A DNA stretch of 64,000 nucleotides, from contig LSRY02000007.1 in NCBI GenBank assembly GCA_001643675.2, forward strand, positions 1,798,001 through 1,862,000. Reading direction: 5' to 3'. Below, piece by piece: positions 48,162-60,765 of the stretch (position 1 is its first letter; every line of letters begins with the position of its first letter). The notes beneath the pieces are model-generated. The model worked only from the letters and a program-made list of their open reading frames with translations. It did not search any database and was not told the origin of the DNA. The position numbers and the translations under genes were made by a program. Source of the DNA: Monocercomonoides exilis PA203. Taxonomy: Eukaryota > Protista > Preaxostyla.

Positions 48162-51100
48162 TTAATTCAAGAAAGAAATGGATGCCATTTGCGTTTCAGT
48201 GGCTTGTGGAACGAACACTTTCTGAAACTTGAGAAATTCGACACTCGAAGTGGAAGAATACATCATCACCTGCACAGAGAATAATAAAATGTGGACGAAA
48301 TTTATGTTCAATGAACACATTAAACAAAAAGAAAGTTAAATAATTCACATTAGAAATTTCACAATCAACAATCTTCGCAAACGATGAATTGAACTTCAGC
48401 TGGAACATCGCTTATGTAAAGCAAGGGAACTTGTGCTCCGTTCTTGAAAAAGTCAACTCTGCCTGGAATGGTCGACAAGTTCAGCTCCATCATAATTTCA
48501 TCGCCGCTTCCCCAGAAGAAACCTGCATCGCGCTTCGAGTGGCATGCTCCGTGTGTTCCTTGATAGCCGCTGAGGTTGCATTTTAAAATGAATAGAAATT
48601 TTAAGATTGAAAATTTTTAATATGTTAGAAGATATACAAATGAAACAATTATGAAAAATAAAAAAGAATAAATGCAAAAACAGAATATTATTCAAAATTG
48701 TGAATTAAGTAAAAAGTGAAATAAAATCTTTTATGAATTAAATAAATGAGCAATTGCAAACCAGGTCTTGCTAACACATAAGCTCATTCCCTCTGCGCAG
48801 GCAAGTTTGATGCAAAAGAACATCATCCCACAAGAACGAATGAGTGTGATTGAAATTCGTGTGAATTTGCGGTTAAACACAAAAACAGAGGAAGAATATC
48901 AAATAAATAAATAAATAAATAAATACGCCGAATTGAATGGAATGCAAAATCAGCTAGACACACTTCCTCCATAATAGCCAGCATGATTTGAGTTATTCTC
49001 AACCAAAGATGCGCTTAAAGGATAGACGCCAAAAGCTGTAAAAGGAAAAAGAAAGACAGATTATCATGATGAAAAGTAAATTACGTAAATTTGAAATGAA
49101 TAATTTCAAATTTATTTCGAAAAAAGTCAAAAAAAATTTTCCGAAAAGCAAACTGATGCAATTTTGAATTGACTTAATTCGAAACGATCTTGATACATAT
49201 GAAACAGCAAAGATAAAGAAAAAGAAAAAGAAAAGAAAAATGAATTAAAAAATGGAAATTTGAAATAAAAATAAATACATTTGATAAATTCCCTATTGCA
49301 AGATAAGTCCAAATTGATTGAAAGGATTACGGAAGGTTGAAGAAAGCCATTAATAAAATGAAAAAAAATCATCAATGCGTATTCCATAAGAAAAAATGTT
49401 AAAAAATGAAATTTTAAAAGAGTTAAATCAAAATTTACAGGAAAAAAAATAGCAAAAATTTCTTATAAAATGACAGTCAATCATAAAAATGTCGTTCATT
49501 TCCATTGAAAAAATAACAGCATCAAAAGAATAAAAGAGTTCAAATTTCTCAGCAAACATCCTTCATCACATAAGGCACAAGGATTGATTTGGCACTTGAG
49601 CCGCCGGCCAAAGAAAGAACAGATCCTTCAATTTTGTACGCTCCTTGTGTCAATGCCCTGAAATTGGTTGCACTCACTTGAAAACATGAATAGAAACGCA
49701 AAGGTCAATGATAATTTTTTAAATATCATTTTAATTAGGAATTAAGAAATATTAAAATGTTAAATGAAATAAGAATATCCTTCACACTTTCGATGTCTTC
49801 GGCTGCTGCTCCCTTCCCTTCCTTCAGACTCTCAAGATTCCCAAGAAGCTTTTCCAGCTTGCCTTTCTTTTCTTCCACTTCCTTTTTCATGTTTTCATAT
49901 GCAGCACGTGAAGCATCCCTTTCTCTCACAGCTGCCTCTCTCAACCTTCGCGCTTCGACCATTTCTTTGCGAATGCGCTCTTTCTCTCTCCTTTCTTTTT
50001 CTTCCTCGTCTCTCCCTTTTATCACAGCATCTTTTTGCCACAAAACGAATGAATGTGTTTCTTTGACAGTTGAAAATACAACACTTGAAGTTTGCATTCC
50101 TGGTATATATGAAGAAGAAGAAGAAGAAGAAGAAAATGATGATGGTGATGGCGATGGTGATGTGCTGCTTGATGAAAATGATGGATCTGATGGGCCTGTC
50201 AGCATCGATGAATAAAAGCCATCTTTTGACATACTTGCAGATTTGCATATTCTCCCTATTGTTTTCAAAGCAAGAGTAGCTGCATCAGAAACTCCACTAT
50301 CGGGGCTGCATTCCTCGATCATATAAAGCGCTTCTAGGAATTCGTCGGTAATCCACGATATTTCGCCGCTGTGAATCAAAGCAGTCATAATGCGAAGCAT
50401 TGTAACTGTGTAAATAGACAGCTCTTCTGTTGACACATTTTCGGAAGAGGCAAAGGCAAATGCGGAAAATGAAGATGAAGCAATTGATGAAACAACATTT
50501 TGAGAAGATAATGACGAAGATGAAGATGAAGAAGAAGAAGAAGATGATGATGATGACGATGAAGATGATGATGAAGAGGAAGATGGATGATCAGATGAAG
50601 ATGAACTTGTTGATTTTGTTGAAGATGTTGGAGCTTTCGAAATGGTCCATGAAAGAGCTCCAGTTGCGCTCTCTTTTATTTTTTTGCCTTCTAATCCAGA
50701 ATTTGTCGCGAAGTTTGGAGATCTGAAGTGACGCTTTTCTGCTCTTTCAGCAATCAACTCTCGATATGTCAAAATACTTGCCACTCCTTTTTCCAAAAAC
50801 TCTGAGGACGCAATTGTTTGCCCAAGGTCTTTTTTCCATATTAAAATTTTTCCTAAAGCTTCGATTCCAACTGAATTTATGACACTGTCCTTTGACTTCA
50901 AAAAAAAAGAAAATGTACGTAATTGCTCAAAACAGATAAACAAATCTCAAACGCATGACAAAGACAATAATCCAGCTGTAAGAGAGTCTGTTGCCCATTC
51001 CTTTGCAAGTCCTCGTTTTTCCGTCATCATTGCGTGAATACTTAAAAGGCTTATCAAAAATAAAGATAGTTCCTTGATTTCCTGTTCAGAAAGAGGAAAT

Positions 51101-51496
51101 TCATTGAAAATAAATAAAAAGAAAGATGGATACAAAAGTTTCGCAATTTGTTTCTTCTTCTAAAAATGTTACTAATATATTAACTAATCCGCATTCTAGC
51201 ATTAATCTCCCATTTTGAAGGTCTTTAAAAAATTTCAAATTAAGATTTGAGGAAAAAATAGTAAAATCTTCTAACTATGTATTAAAGCTGTTAAAAGTTC
51301 AATCAATGCATATTTGCGTTTTTCTTTATCGAGTTTCATTTCAATTTTCAATTCTTCAATTTCATTTGCCTAAGTAATTTCAAGAAATATTTAATGTTTA
51401 TTTTTTTTTAACACTTCATTCTAATAAATATTATAACACCTGCATTAGCCACCCTCTCGTAGACCATGGTTTTAAAGATTGAGTTTTGACCCCCAT
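48162..51496 (-). CDS. Multi-exon protein: ARM-like N-terminus, Ser-rich linkers, coiled coil, C-terminal SPRY/B30.2-like domain
   Basis: Hand splicing with phase-compatible GT-AG introns gives MGVKTQSLKPW..MQ|ANEIEELKIE..|NLQNGRLMLECGLVNILVTFL..|EIKELSLFLI..|DSVINSVG..coiled coil..|YKIEGSVLSLAGGSSAKSILVPYVMKD|GIYQI|SFRIKSIQNCI|TFGVYP..GYYGG|KGMSLCVSKT|CGYQG..FFWGSGDEIMMELNLSTIPGRVDFFKNGAQVPLLYISDVPAEVQFI|VMMYSSTSSVEF..FLN*. Confidence 0.75.
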
Positions 51497-51607
51497 GAAA
51501 AGAATGCGATTCTATTTTGTTTGAAATAAAAGTATGTCATAATTGATCCTTATGAAATATCCAAAACAAAAACAACATTTCAAACATAACATTTTGTACT
51601 AAAAATG

Positions 51608-51635
51608 TTTTTTTTTTTTTTTTTTTTTTTTTTTT
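51608..51635. repeat. Poly-T tract (28 nt) in a divergent promoter region
   Basis: Directly visible between the starts at 51496 (-) and 52024 (+). Confidence 0.85.
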
Positions 51636-52023
51636 GTAATCCACATTTATATAATTTTTTTAAAATGATATTTATGCAAAATCTTTGAATATATGAAAAA
51701 AACAAACATTTGTTCCATATGTTTTCAACTATCTTTCCTTCACAAGGAAAACATTTTTTTTGAGAAAATATTAGAAATAATTATCTATTGAGTAAAATGT
51801 TTGAAAAGATTTTTGGAAACAAAATTTTTAATAAAATTTTTTCCGATTTTCATTAATTTTGTTTTTTAAAAATGAAAACACTGTTGAAATAACTTATTCG
51901 ATGGAGATAATTTTTGTTCGTATAAACATAATTTATATTTTTATTAATAAATGCATAAAACAATTGATATAATTTGTTTGATACTATTATTTCAACGGAT
52001 CAAACACATATATAATTATAAAA

Positions 52024-55000
52024 ATGAGTATTTCAATCATTGCTTTGATTTGCACTTTTTCAAATTTTTGCGCTTTTGATGCAAACAGCATCAACTGCCC
52101 TTATTTAAAAAGTGATTTTATAGCAAAAGAAGCAGAATTTGTAACAATTTTTGTTTCTGAAAAAGGAGACGACAACATTCAAGATTGCGGAACTGAAGCA
52201 GAGCCATGCAAAACCATTGGAAAAGGAATAGAGCAACTTGGGAAAAATGCTGAAGCTAAAACGCTAAAGATTATTGATTCTGCATCGACACCCTATGGTT
52301 TTTTGTTTTCAGAGGATTTCAGCCTGACGATAACGACAAATTCCCAACAAGCAGTCAGAAGAACGATGACATTTGACTTGAATGAGCTGGCTGGAAAAGG
52401 AAAATTCCATTTGACAAACGAAAAGATTTTGAAGCTGGAACATATTACCTTCAATCTTCTTCCGTTGAAAAATTTAGAGGGGCCGAAGGAAACCGACGAA
52501 TCAACAGCAATTATTCTCTCAAAAGGAGTAAGTGGAGACCTGACAATACATGATTGTGGTACTTATATTGAGAAATGGACGGATGACTACGCTCCGTTTT
52601 CGGTGCTTATGATTACTGAAGGAAAAGTCACAATCGATGAATTTGACTTCATATCTTCAAAATATTACTATCTATCTAATGCGATTATTCTCCACATTTC
52701 CGAAGGCGTTAACGTGCAAAAGCTGAAAGGATTTAACATCAACAATGTGAAATTGAACAAAGATTGCGCACTTGAACTTCCATCTTCATATACTTTAGAA
52801 GGAAGCAATCTATGGTCAGTTGAGCGGAAAAGTGGAGATGCTGCATTGATAAACTCAAAAAGCGGAGCAGATCAAAAAGTAGCAATTACAATTTCCAAAT
52901 GCTTTCCCTCTTCTTCAGAATCTCAAAAATCGTCGAAAGGGGGATGCTTTTATTTTGAAATGCTCCATCCTGAAAGTGTTCTAAACATTTTGAACACAAA
53001 ATTCAGATTTGGAAAAGCTATGAGAGGTGGAGGTGTGATGATTGGTGCAACAAAAGGAAAAGTGAAACTGGAGAATGTACAATTTGAAGAATGCGAGGCA
53101 ATCGAAGATGGCGGAGGGCTTCTGATACTTGACTTGACTCATATGGCAGAATTTGAATGCATAAACGTAACATTTGAAGAATGCAAATCAGCGGATGGAG
53201 GAGGAGTTAAAGTTATTTTAGAAGAGGAAGGGATCAAAGGAGATACTATTTTTTTCAAGAACTGTTTCTTCAGCAAAAATGAAGCGGAAGGCAGAGGAAA
53301 TGATGCAACGATCAGATGCAATGGAGATTCAGAATTGATTGAAACACCTTTTGATGCTTCTTCCTTCAGCATGACAGAGAAGAATCGAGTGTGCGTGATA
53401 AAAAATGACGGCTCCACTGTCATTCATGATGATTGGCTGCGAGTTGGTTATCTGAACATCAACACAGACGCAGAAAACGGAGTTGACAGCGCAGAATGCG
53501 GACAGCCAGGAAAAACTGCATGTAAAACGATAAAGCAAGCAATAGAGAATTGCCTTCCAGGAAGGTCGTTCAAAGTCTATACTACAGATGAATGCAATAA
53601 ATACGATACAGAGCCAATAACAGTTGAATGGCGGAACGTTGAAATTACTAACATGAACGATTATGCTATTTCAATAACAACTGTGCTCGATGAAATGAAA
53701 GTTCAGCAGGGCGAGGGGATGTTCAACGTGAAACAGGGAGGATATTTAGAACTTTATAAAGCAAAAGTCGAAGTGGATACAACACGAAAAAGCGGGAGGG
53801 ACAATGGACTGTTTGTAGGCGATGGAGAAGATGCCGGATTCTGCATTTATCGAGTTAACGTAACTGCAAAGGATCCCAAACAAGCTCTGAACTGTGTTTT
53901 GATTGAATGCAAGATTGGTGACTTCGAAATTCGAGAAACGATTTTCGAGCACTTCACATCCGCCTTCGCATTGATGCTTGCAGATAATTCAAAAAAGGTT
54001 GATCTGATTAGGGTTGTATTCGACTCGATAACTACCACGAGCAAGACTCAATCTGTTGTCACGATTTTGAGTGGGTGCCTTTTTGTCTATGGGGACCACT
54101 TGACATTTTCAAATTGCAACTCAATTGAACACAAGATTGGCGGAGCGCTACATTTGGAGTTTGGAAAAGGTAAATATTACAGTTCATTTTACGATCTGAG
54201 ATTCATTAACTGCTCATGCAAGAGTCCACAAACGGCAACAGGTGAGATGAATTCAAAGTTTAATGAAGAATCAAAAGGCGGAGCGATGTATATTCGCGCA
54301 ATTGATGAGGCAACAGATAAACTGAAACTTCGATTGAATAACATAACATTCACGAACTGTAGCGCCGACAAAGGCGAAAATATTTTCTTATCTTTTCCAG
54401 TTGGACTGGAGCAGATAGACGAAGAGATCTTTGAATTTGAGATGGAAGGGATTTATGGAAAGCAGAATTATGTTCTTCTTGAGGAAAGAAAAGACGGAGA
54501 AAACAACATTGTTGATCTTTTGAGTGACGAAAAATATAAAATACCTTATCATTCAAAAAACATATATGTCGGAGGAGAAGCATCCAGCAAAGCGAAGACA
54601 TGCGGAAGAGCAGAAGAGCCATGCGATCTGATCAGCACTGGAATTCATCATGGAATGCAAAATGGCTATTTGACAATGCTCATCATTGATAGAGTTTATG
54701 TCGATGAGCCGTTATTATTAGATCAATTTGTGACGCTTTCATCAGCACCAAAAGTTTTCTCTTCTTCTCTGTCAACAACAGCACCAAATCGGGGGACACT
54801 CCGTGTTGGCTCCAACATCAAAGCGAGAGAATCTAAAGCTGTTTTTGAGATGAATAATGATCTAATCTATTTCAACCACATTGACATCGAATATCCTGAT
54901 GCTGTTGAAGGAGATGCACTTGATATTGTTTATTGCTCTTATGATTTGGAAATTAATGATGTTGTGTTTAGGCCATGGTACACGGGCTTAAAAGGAGAAA

Positions 55001-56100
55001 ATGTTCTTGGCGGAGAAGGAAAGCCTTTACCATACACGCTGATTACTTATGTGGAAGGAGTTTGCGAGATTACCCAGTTGAATGTTCAAGGAAGAAATGG
55101 AAATATTACAGGAAAGAGCAAGCACAGCAACAGTCAAATTCAAAACTATAGATACTTTGAGAAAATGGATGAAATGGAATCAAATTCCGGAACAGAGTTC
55201 AAAATCAACGAGAACGATGATCCGTTGTGTTCATGGGACTCTGGGCTTATTTCTGTTCGAAGATCTTTCCTCATAAGCATAGTTGACAGCTCGTTTTATG
55301 ATATCAGTGAAGGTGCAATTCTATCGAACTCAAGTGGAATGGACATTAGGAATATCAGCTTTGCGAATAATCATCCGATTGGAGAGAATTGGGAGAAGTA
55401 TCCTTCGATGAGGCACAACATTAGAATTTTCTTAAAATCAAAGTATACTTGGCCTCACATTCATTCCTTGGCTCCTGGAAGCGATGGACTTGATGGAAAG
55501 CCGTTTGGAATGGTTACCGAAAAAGAGCCAAGTGGAACAGTTGTTGAGAACATGGATTCATATTTCTTTTCACCCGTTTTGAAGAATGTTACGCTGAAAA
55601 GAGAAGAAGAAGCTGGCCAAAAGAATGAACTTCAGAGTGAAAATGAAATTGAGAAAGAAATTGAAGCAATTGTTCGTGGAAGTTATTTGTTTCCTTGTGG
55701 GCTGACGTTTGAAGCATCCAAAAAAAAGAAAGGAGAAGAAATGAAATGGACAAATTGCCCTGTTTCAGAATATACAAATGAGACCGAAATGAGAGTGAAG
55801 ATTCCTCAGTCTATATTTGATGTGGACGAGTACACATCAGTGGTATGCCGCTTGACTTATTCAAATGGAGTTATTAATGGAGAAAATAAGCACTCAGCAA
55901 GTGTCATTTTGGCGAAGCGGAAAAAAAATGATCCACACGAAAACAACCCAACGAAACCAACGAAAACACATCTTGTTGCAATCATTGCCTCCACAAGTGC
56001 TTTTGCAGTTGTTGCTGTTGTGGTTGTGATTGTTACTGTTGCGTGTGTTGTAAGAAGCAAAAAACGAAACCAATATAAAACAATCAAAGATGCCAAATAG
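52024..56100 (+). CDS. Type-I membrane surface protein of the same ectodomain family (3 modules), with a short cytoplasmic tail and no kinase
   Basis: 1358-aa ORF; signal peptide MSISIIALICTFSNFCA; modules GDDNIQDCGTEAEPCKTI, GVDSAECGQPGKTACKTI and KAKTCGRAEEPCDLI; juxtamembrane motifs CSWDSG, NNHP..YPSMRHNI, FSPVLKNV and LFPCGLTF shared with the two receptors; TM followed by RSKKRNQYKTIKDAK*. Confidence 0.88.
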   Translation: MSISIIALICTFSNFCAFDANSINCPYLKSDFIAKEAEFVTIFVSEKGDDNIQDCGTEAEPCKTIGKGIEQLGKNAEAKTLKIIDSASTPYGFLFSEDFSLTITTNSQQAVRRTMTFDLNELAGKGKFHLTNEKILKLEHITFNLLPLKNLEGPKETDESTAIILSKGVSGDLTIHDCGTYIEKWTDDYAPFSVLMITEGKVTIDEFDFISSKYYYLSNAIILHISEGVNVQKLKGFNINNVKLNKDCALELPSSYTLEGSNLWSVERKSGDAALINSKSGADQKVAITISKCFPSSSESQKSSKGGCFYFEMLHPESVLNILNTKFRFGKAMRGGGVMIGATKGKVKLENVQFEECEAIEDGGGLLILDLTHMAEFECINVTFEECKSADGGGVKVILEEEGIKGDTIFFKNCFFSKNEAEGRGNDATIRCNGDSELIETPFDASSFSMTEKNRVCVIKNDGSTVIHDDWLRVGYLNINTDAENGVDSAECGQPGKTACKTIKQAIENCLPGRSFKVYTTDECNKYDTEPITVEWRNVEITNMNDYAISITTVLDEMKVQQGEGMFNVKQGGYLELYKAKVEVDTTRKSGRDNGLFVGDGEDAGFCIYRVNVTAKDPKQALNCVLIECKIGDFEIRETIFEHFTSAFALMLADNSKKVDLIRVVFDSITTTSKTQSVVTILSGCLFVYGDHLTFSNCNSIEHKIGGALHLEFGKGKYYSSFYDLRFINCSCKSPQTATGEMNSKFNEESKGGAMYIRAIDEATDKLKLRLNNITFTNCSADKGENIFLSFPVGLEQIDEEIFEFEMEGIYGKQNYVLLEERKDGENNIVDLLSDEKYKIPYHSKNIYVGGEASSKAKTCGRAEEPCDLISTGIHHGMQNGYLTMLIIDRVYVDEPLLLDQFVTLSSAPKVFSSSLSTTAPNRGTLRVGSNIKARESKAVFEMNNDLIYFNHIDIEYPDAVEGDALDIVYCSYDLEINDVVFRPWYTGLKGENVLGGEGKPLPYTLITYVEGVCEITQLNVQGRNGNITGKSKHSNSQIQNYRYFEKMDEMESNSGTEFKINENDDPLCSWDSGLISVRRSFLISIVDSSFYDISEGAILSNSSGMDIRNISFANNHPIGENWEKYPSMRHNIRIFLKSKYTWPHIHSLAPGSDGLDGKPFGMVTEKEPSGTVVENMDSYFFSPVLKNVTLKREEEAGQKNELQSENEIEKEIEAIVRGSYLFPCGLTFEASKKKKGEEMKWTNCPVSEYTNETEMRVKIPQSIFDVDEYTSVVCRLTYSNGVINGENKHSASVILAKRKKNDPHENNPTKPTKTHLVAIIASTSAFAVVAVVVVIVTVACVVRSKKRNQYKTIKDAK

Positions 56101-57260
56101 CCTAGTTGATTGTGGCACAATTTATCAAATTAGTATTTTTGATTTTCAAAAATAATATTTGGTAAAATAGTTATAGCACGATATGTAGTCATTGATTGCT
56201 TATTATTTTTATTTTTATTTTTGAACTGCTTTGATGAGATGTCTTTGAGACTAACTGTAATTTGCTTTTAAAGAGCTGGCAACATTCTTTTTATATTCAG
56301 CCAATTAGTTGTATAATGGTTTTTTTTTTCACTTTTTTCTGCGTTGCAGAGAATTAGAGTAATTTTAATGATGCAAATTTATTGTTTTTTTTTAACTTCT
56401 TTTTTATTTTTTTATTGTTTTTTAATTTTTAATAGTGGAGTGATTCATTGTTGGAATTATTTATGTGCAAGAAATTTTCTTGAAAGATTTGCATTATCAA
56501 TTTTTCCATCCGAACGAGCATTAATGCAAGCTCATTTTTTTGAATCACATTTAATTTTCATATTTCAAATTTCTGGGATAAAATTTATAGTTATTTGTAT
56601 GCTTTTATTTACGAATTTTTTTAGGAATCTCCTGATTCAGCAATAAGATTCCCTTTCAATTTTATTATTCAATGTTTTTGTGAGTTGCGTCACGCGCTTC
56701 ACTTTTTAAGAGTTCATAAAAGTAGTGTAGCTGAATATTTATTTCCACAACTGTTTATTTTTTTGCAAACTTGTGATATTTCGCATGACAAAGCATTTAA
56801 AAAGCATCCAATGGTATTGAATTATAAAATAATTCCTATACAGAACATTGAAGTGTGTGAAACATGAATATATCCGTGCTGTTTGAATCATGATTTGATG
56901 AAAGACAAAAACAAAAAACTTGTCATAGGTTCATCAATATTTTATAGAGAGATAAAATCAAACAATGATTCAATCTGTAAAATAAATAAAAGCTTGAAAA
57001 AACAATATCGTTTTTTTATAACTTTGCTATTTTGTTAATGAAAACATTTAGGTGAATAAGTTGTTAACAAAATTTTCTACCATTATTATTTTTTTAATGT
57101 TTTTATGAATAAGTTTATTTTTATTGTTGTGTGTTTTTCTTTAATTCATAATTATTCATTTTATATACTAAAATTTAACTAAACGGAAAACTGAATATTA
57201 ATACATTTTTATTTGAATTTCTGCTTTTGCTGAAAAGACTTTTATAATCGCAACTGGCTT

Positions 57261-59938
57261 ATGATTGAATCATGGTCATTATCAGATATTTCTAAAGAAC
57301 AAAGTTTGAACATCTTCAAAAGTGTTTTATGAATAATCGTATTTATCCTTAATTTTTTCTCTGAAAAGTAGAAACATTTTTTGTTCAAAACTTGCATCCT
57401 AAATATAAAGGAAATGAACGAAATGCAACCGATGCTGCAAATTCAAAAATATCTTCTGTACCATTTTCAATGAAAAGCGAAAAATATTTAGATTCCAGAA
57501 ACAGTAGAAATTTTTCATTTCCGAAAAGCTTAAAGACATGCTCTTCTGGATCAAAACGCTGCTTCAATTCATTCGATAGCAATGAAAAACAAAATGTAGA
57601 AACATTAAAATTAAAAGAAGATAAAGTATACGAAAATGATCCTTCTTTCAATAAGGCAACTGATCAACTATTAAAAAATATCAGCCATGAGCTAATTGAA
57701 GCAAATTCTCAATCAATTGAATCGACAGAAACTACTTTTGAGCATCATCATTCGTCTCCATCATATGCAACTCATTTATTGCACACATCCAATAATTTTG
57801 AGGCTGAATCCGACGATTCAATATCTTCTTCAAATGATAAACCAACGTTACAGCACGCTTTATTGCATTGGCGGCCTCACGTCCAGCAGTTAAGCCATCT
57901 GAGCCAAGACGTTAATGTTATTGTTGAAGGAAAAGGCGTGTCAAAGTTTGCTCGAATGATGAAGCTGGGGCTGTTGCAGAGGTGGATGAATGAGGATAGA
58001 AAAATTTTGAATCACGAAGTGCTTGAAACACAAAGTGTTAAGCTTCAGTCTTCACCTTTACCATCATTTGAAAGCTACCAACCATTTTCGACAAATCAAC
58101 CGACAAACAAGCTTCTACCATCATCTTCTATTATTCTTCAGCGCAATGGCATGGCAAATCAATCCGAAAGTGATGAAATAGAGATTGATTATGAAAAGAC
58201 AAGCGAACATATCGAAAAAAGCGAAAACCCAAAAATATCGACAATTGATGGAGCAAAAACAAACGTATCAGAAAGAAATGTGATGACCAGAAGAAAAAGG
58301 CAGCTTGTGAAGAAGCAGATTCACGAAGCAAAGAAGTACAAAAGAGCATTTGGCGAATGGATTAGGAAGGATTGGATAACAAATGAGGAGGAGGCACACA
58401 TGTGGGACATTGCGGAAGCAAAATTAAAAATTGCCAATAACAATACATTGGTGGATGATTATAAAAAAACAAAAACAGAATCTTTGAATGAAACTGTTCA
58501 GATAAAGAGCGGGAAATGCGATGATGCAAAGGAAGAAGGCTGCGAAAAAGCTGATGAAAATTTCACAGAAAAGCAGCACAACAACAGGCAAACATTGGAA
58601 GAGCTGAAGAACCAGCTGAAAGAAGAGATTTTGGCAATAGCTGCACTCACAACAGCAACAAAATCAGATCAATCAACATCTTTTCATTCTGATGAGTTTA
58701 ATTCTGGCTCAAGTGCTCCATCGTCACTTGGCGATGCAAAGGCAAAGCTGGCTGAGCTGAAAGAGCAGATCTCAAAGAAAGAAAGAAAACTCGCACAGAA
58801 GGCCGTTTCGTGTGGGCTGAGTGACATTGAGCGCTTTTCGTGGCTGAAGGACAAGACGAAAGTGCCAGACAGCCGAGCGTATGCTTCCGAGTCGAGCTTT
58901 CTGACGTATTTTCTGAGCGACAACAAAGTCGACCCTCGCTTCTGGTCTCCTCCTGTGCCGAGGCCGGCTGTTGGCTGTCTGTTTGATTCAGACAAAGAAG
59001 AAGCAAGCGAAGAATGCGAGGAAAACACGACGGAAGACGAAGGAGGTGAAGAGGAAGAGCCAACTTGCCAGTTGTTTGATGGAACCCAGAACATCCCTTC
59101 TTTTCCATTTCCTTTTCTTATTGATGAAGAAAAAGACGATTTTCAAACGAAACAATTACAAACTTCAAATTCGACAACATCTGAAAATATGAAATCCACT
59201 TATATTTTGAAGCAACCTCCTGATATTTCTTTTGATCCACTTTCAATTTCTGTTTCATCTTTGAAGCAAACAAGCCATTCATCGTTGATGAATGACTCTT
59301 TCCGTCCAACAGCTTCAACAGTTATATTGAACGGAAAGAATTTCACGAGCAACAGTTCGTTGCTATACAGATGCAGCGAATACGAACAATTCAGAGAAGA
59401 AAAGCCATGCTATGTTGAATTTAATTCTACATTCAAAGCGAAAAATGAAGAAGAAAAAACGAACCTTCTCATTTCTTCCTGTTTACCAAAGAATTCTTCA
59501 CAAAAAGGAGCAAGCGCAGGCAATTCCGTCTCTTCACTCGAATTGGCGCTATCAAGCTTCACACAAACAGGGCAATTGTCCTTTCCGCCCTCATTGCAAT
59601 CATCATCTTCTTCTTCTTCGTTTGCATCGAACACCTCTGTTGTATGTGATCTTCCTCCTTCCCTCATTCCGATTGATTTCTCCGAGATGCTGCCACGTTT
59701 CACCGATCCCACGACAAATGTTCGCCGAATAAAAAGAATGCGGCAGAGAAAAATTAATCCGATGCTATTTGTTCAGCAGTCTTCCCTTCCATTTTTGGAG
59801 GTCAAAGAAACTCCTCCTCTGATTCTTCCATTCTTCTGCTATTTGAACATCTTGATTTGTCAAAGACGCAGATGGGATTCAATGCATTACAGGAAGGCAG
59901 AAGCTCAGAGAAGAAGAAACGAAATGCTAAAGTTATAA
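57261..59938 (+). CDS. Hypothetical protein with a central coiled coil and acidic/Ser-rich segments
   Basis: 848-aa ORF 57392-59938; ATG at 57261 joins in frame through a GT-AG intron at 57322-57371; no family recognised. Confidence 0.65.
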
Positions 59939-60765
59939 ATATGAATGTCTTTTGAATTAGAAGTTTTGGAAGAGAATCTTTCAGTTTTTGTTGTAATTTT
60001 TAGTTTAACTTAATAATCTGCTTCTGAAATGGAGAATCAATGCAATACTTGATAAAAACACATTTATTCAATTATTTTTCTTTCAATTTTTGCCAACACG
60101 CAATATTCAATGAAAGCAAAAAAATAAATATCAGAAAAAAAGTCATGAACAAAATATGTGTTTTGCAAATTAGAAAGTGATGAAATGAAGAAAAGTCAAA
60201 ATTAAAATCGCTAAATTTTCATCCCTAAAAGTGTGTAAAAGTTAAGACAAACAGATGTGAGGAAAAAGGCTATAAAGAAACAAAATGTACGAACAAATTA
60301 GAAAATTTAGTGCTTAAGGTCAAAATATTTTTTTTTGAAGTGTATAGAAATGTTGCGCATCAGATATTTTTTGTGTTAATGTTCAGCTCTTCTGCTTTCA
60401 GCTCACAAATGCCAGGAGAAAATATTGTTCATGCTTTTCTCTAACGCAATTTTACTCATTTCGTTCTGACATTTTCACTCTTTCTTCCTCTTGTCTATCT
60501 TCAAACATACAAAAAGAAAAATAAAAATTACTCATTTATTGTAACTTCAAATAACACTTATAAAACTCCAATCCTTTTGAATCATTGGTGGAGGACATTA
60601 TAATAGTGATGATTCGAATTCTTTATCATGTTAATTTTTTTCTTTATAATTTTCTTTAATTTCATAAGTTATAATTCATTTTTCTTATAAAATCCTCTTC
60701 ATTCCACTCTTTCCTTTCATTTCATCACATTTCACCCACACTGTCAATAATTCCTTCCTTTTTTT

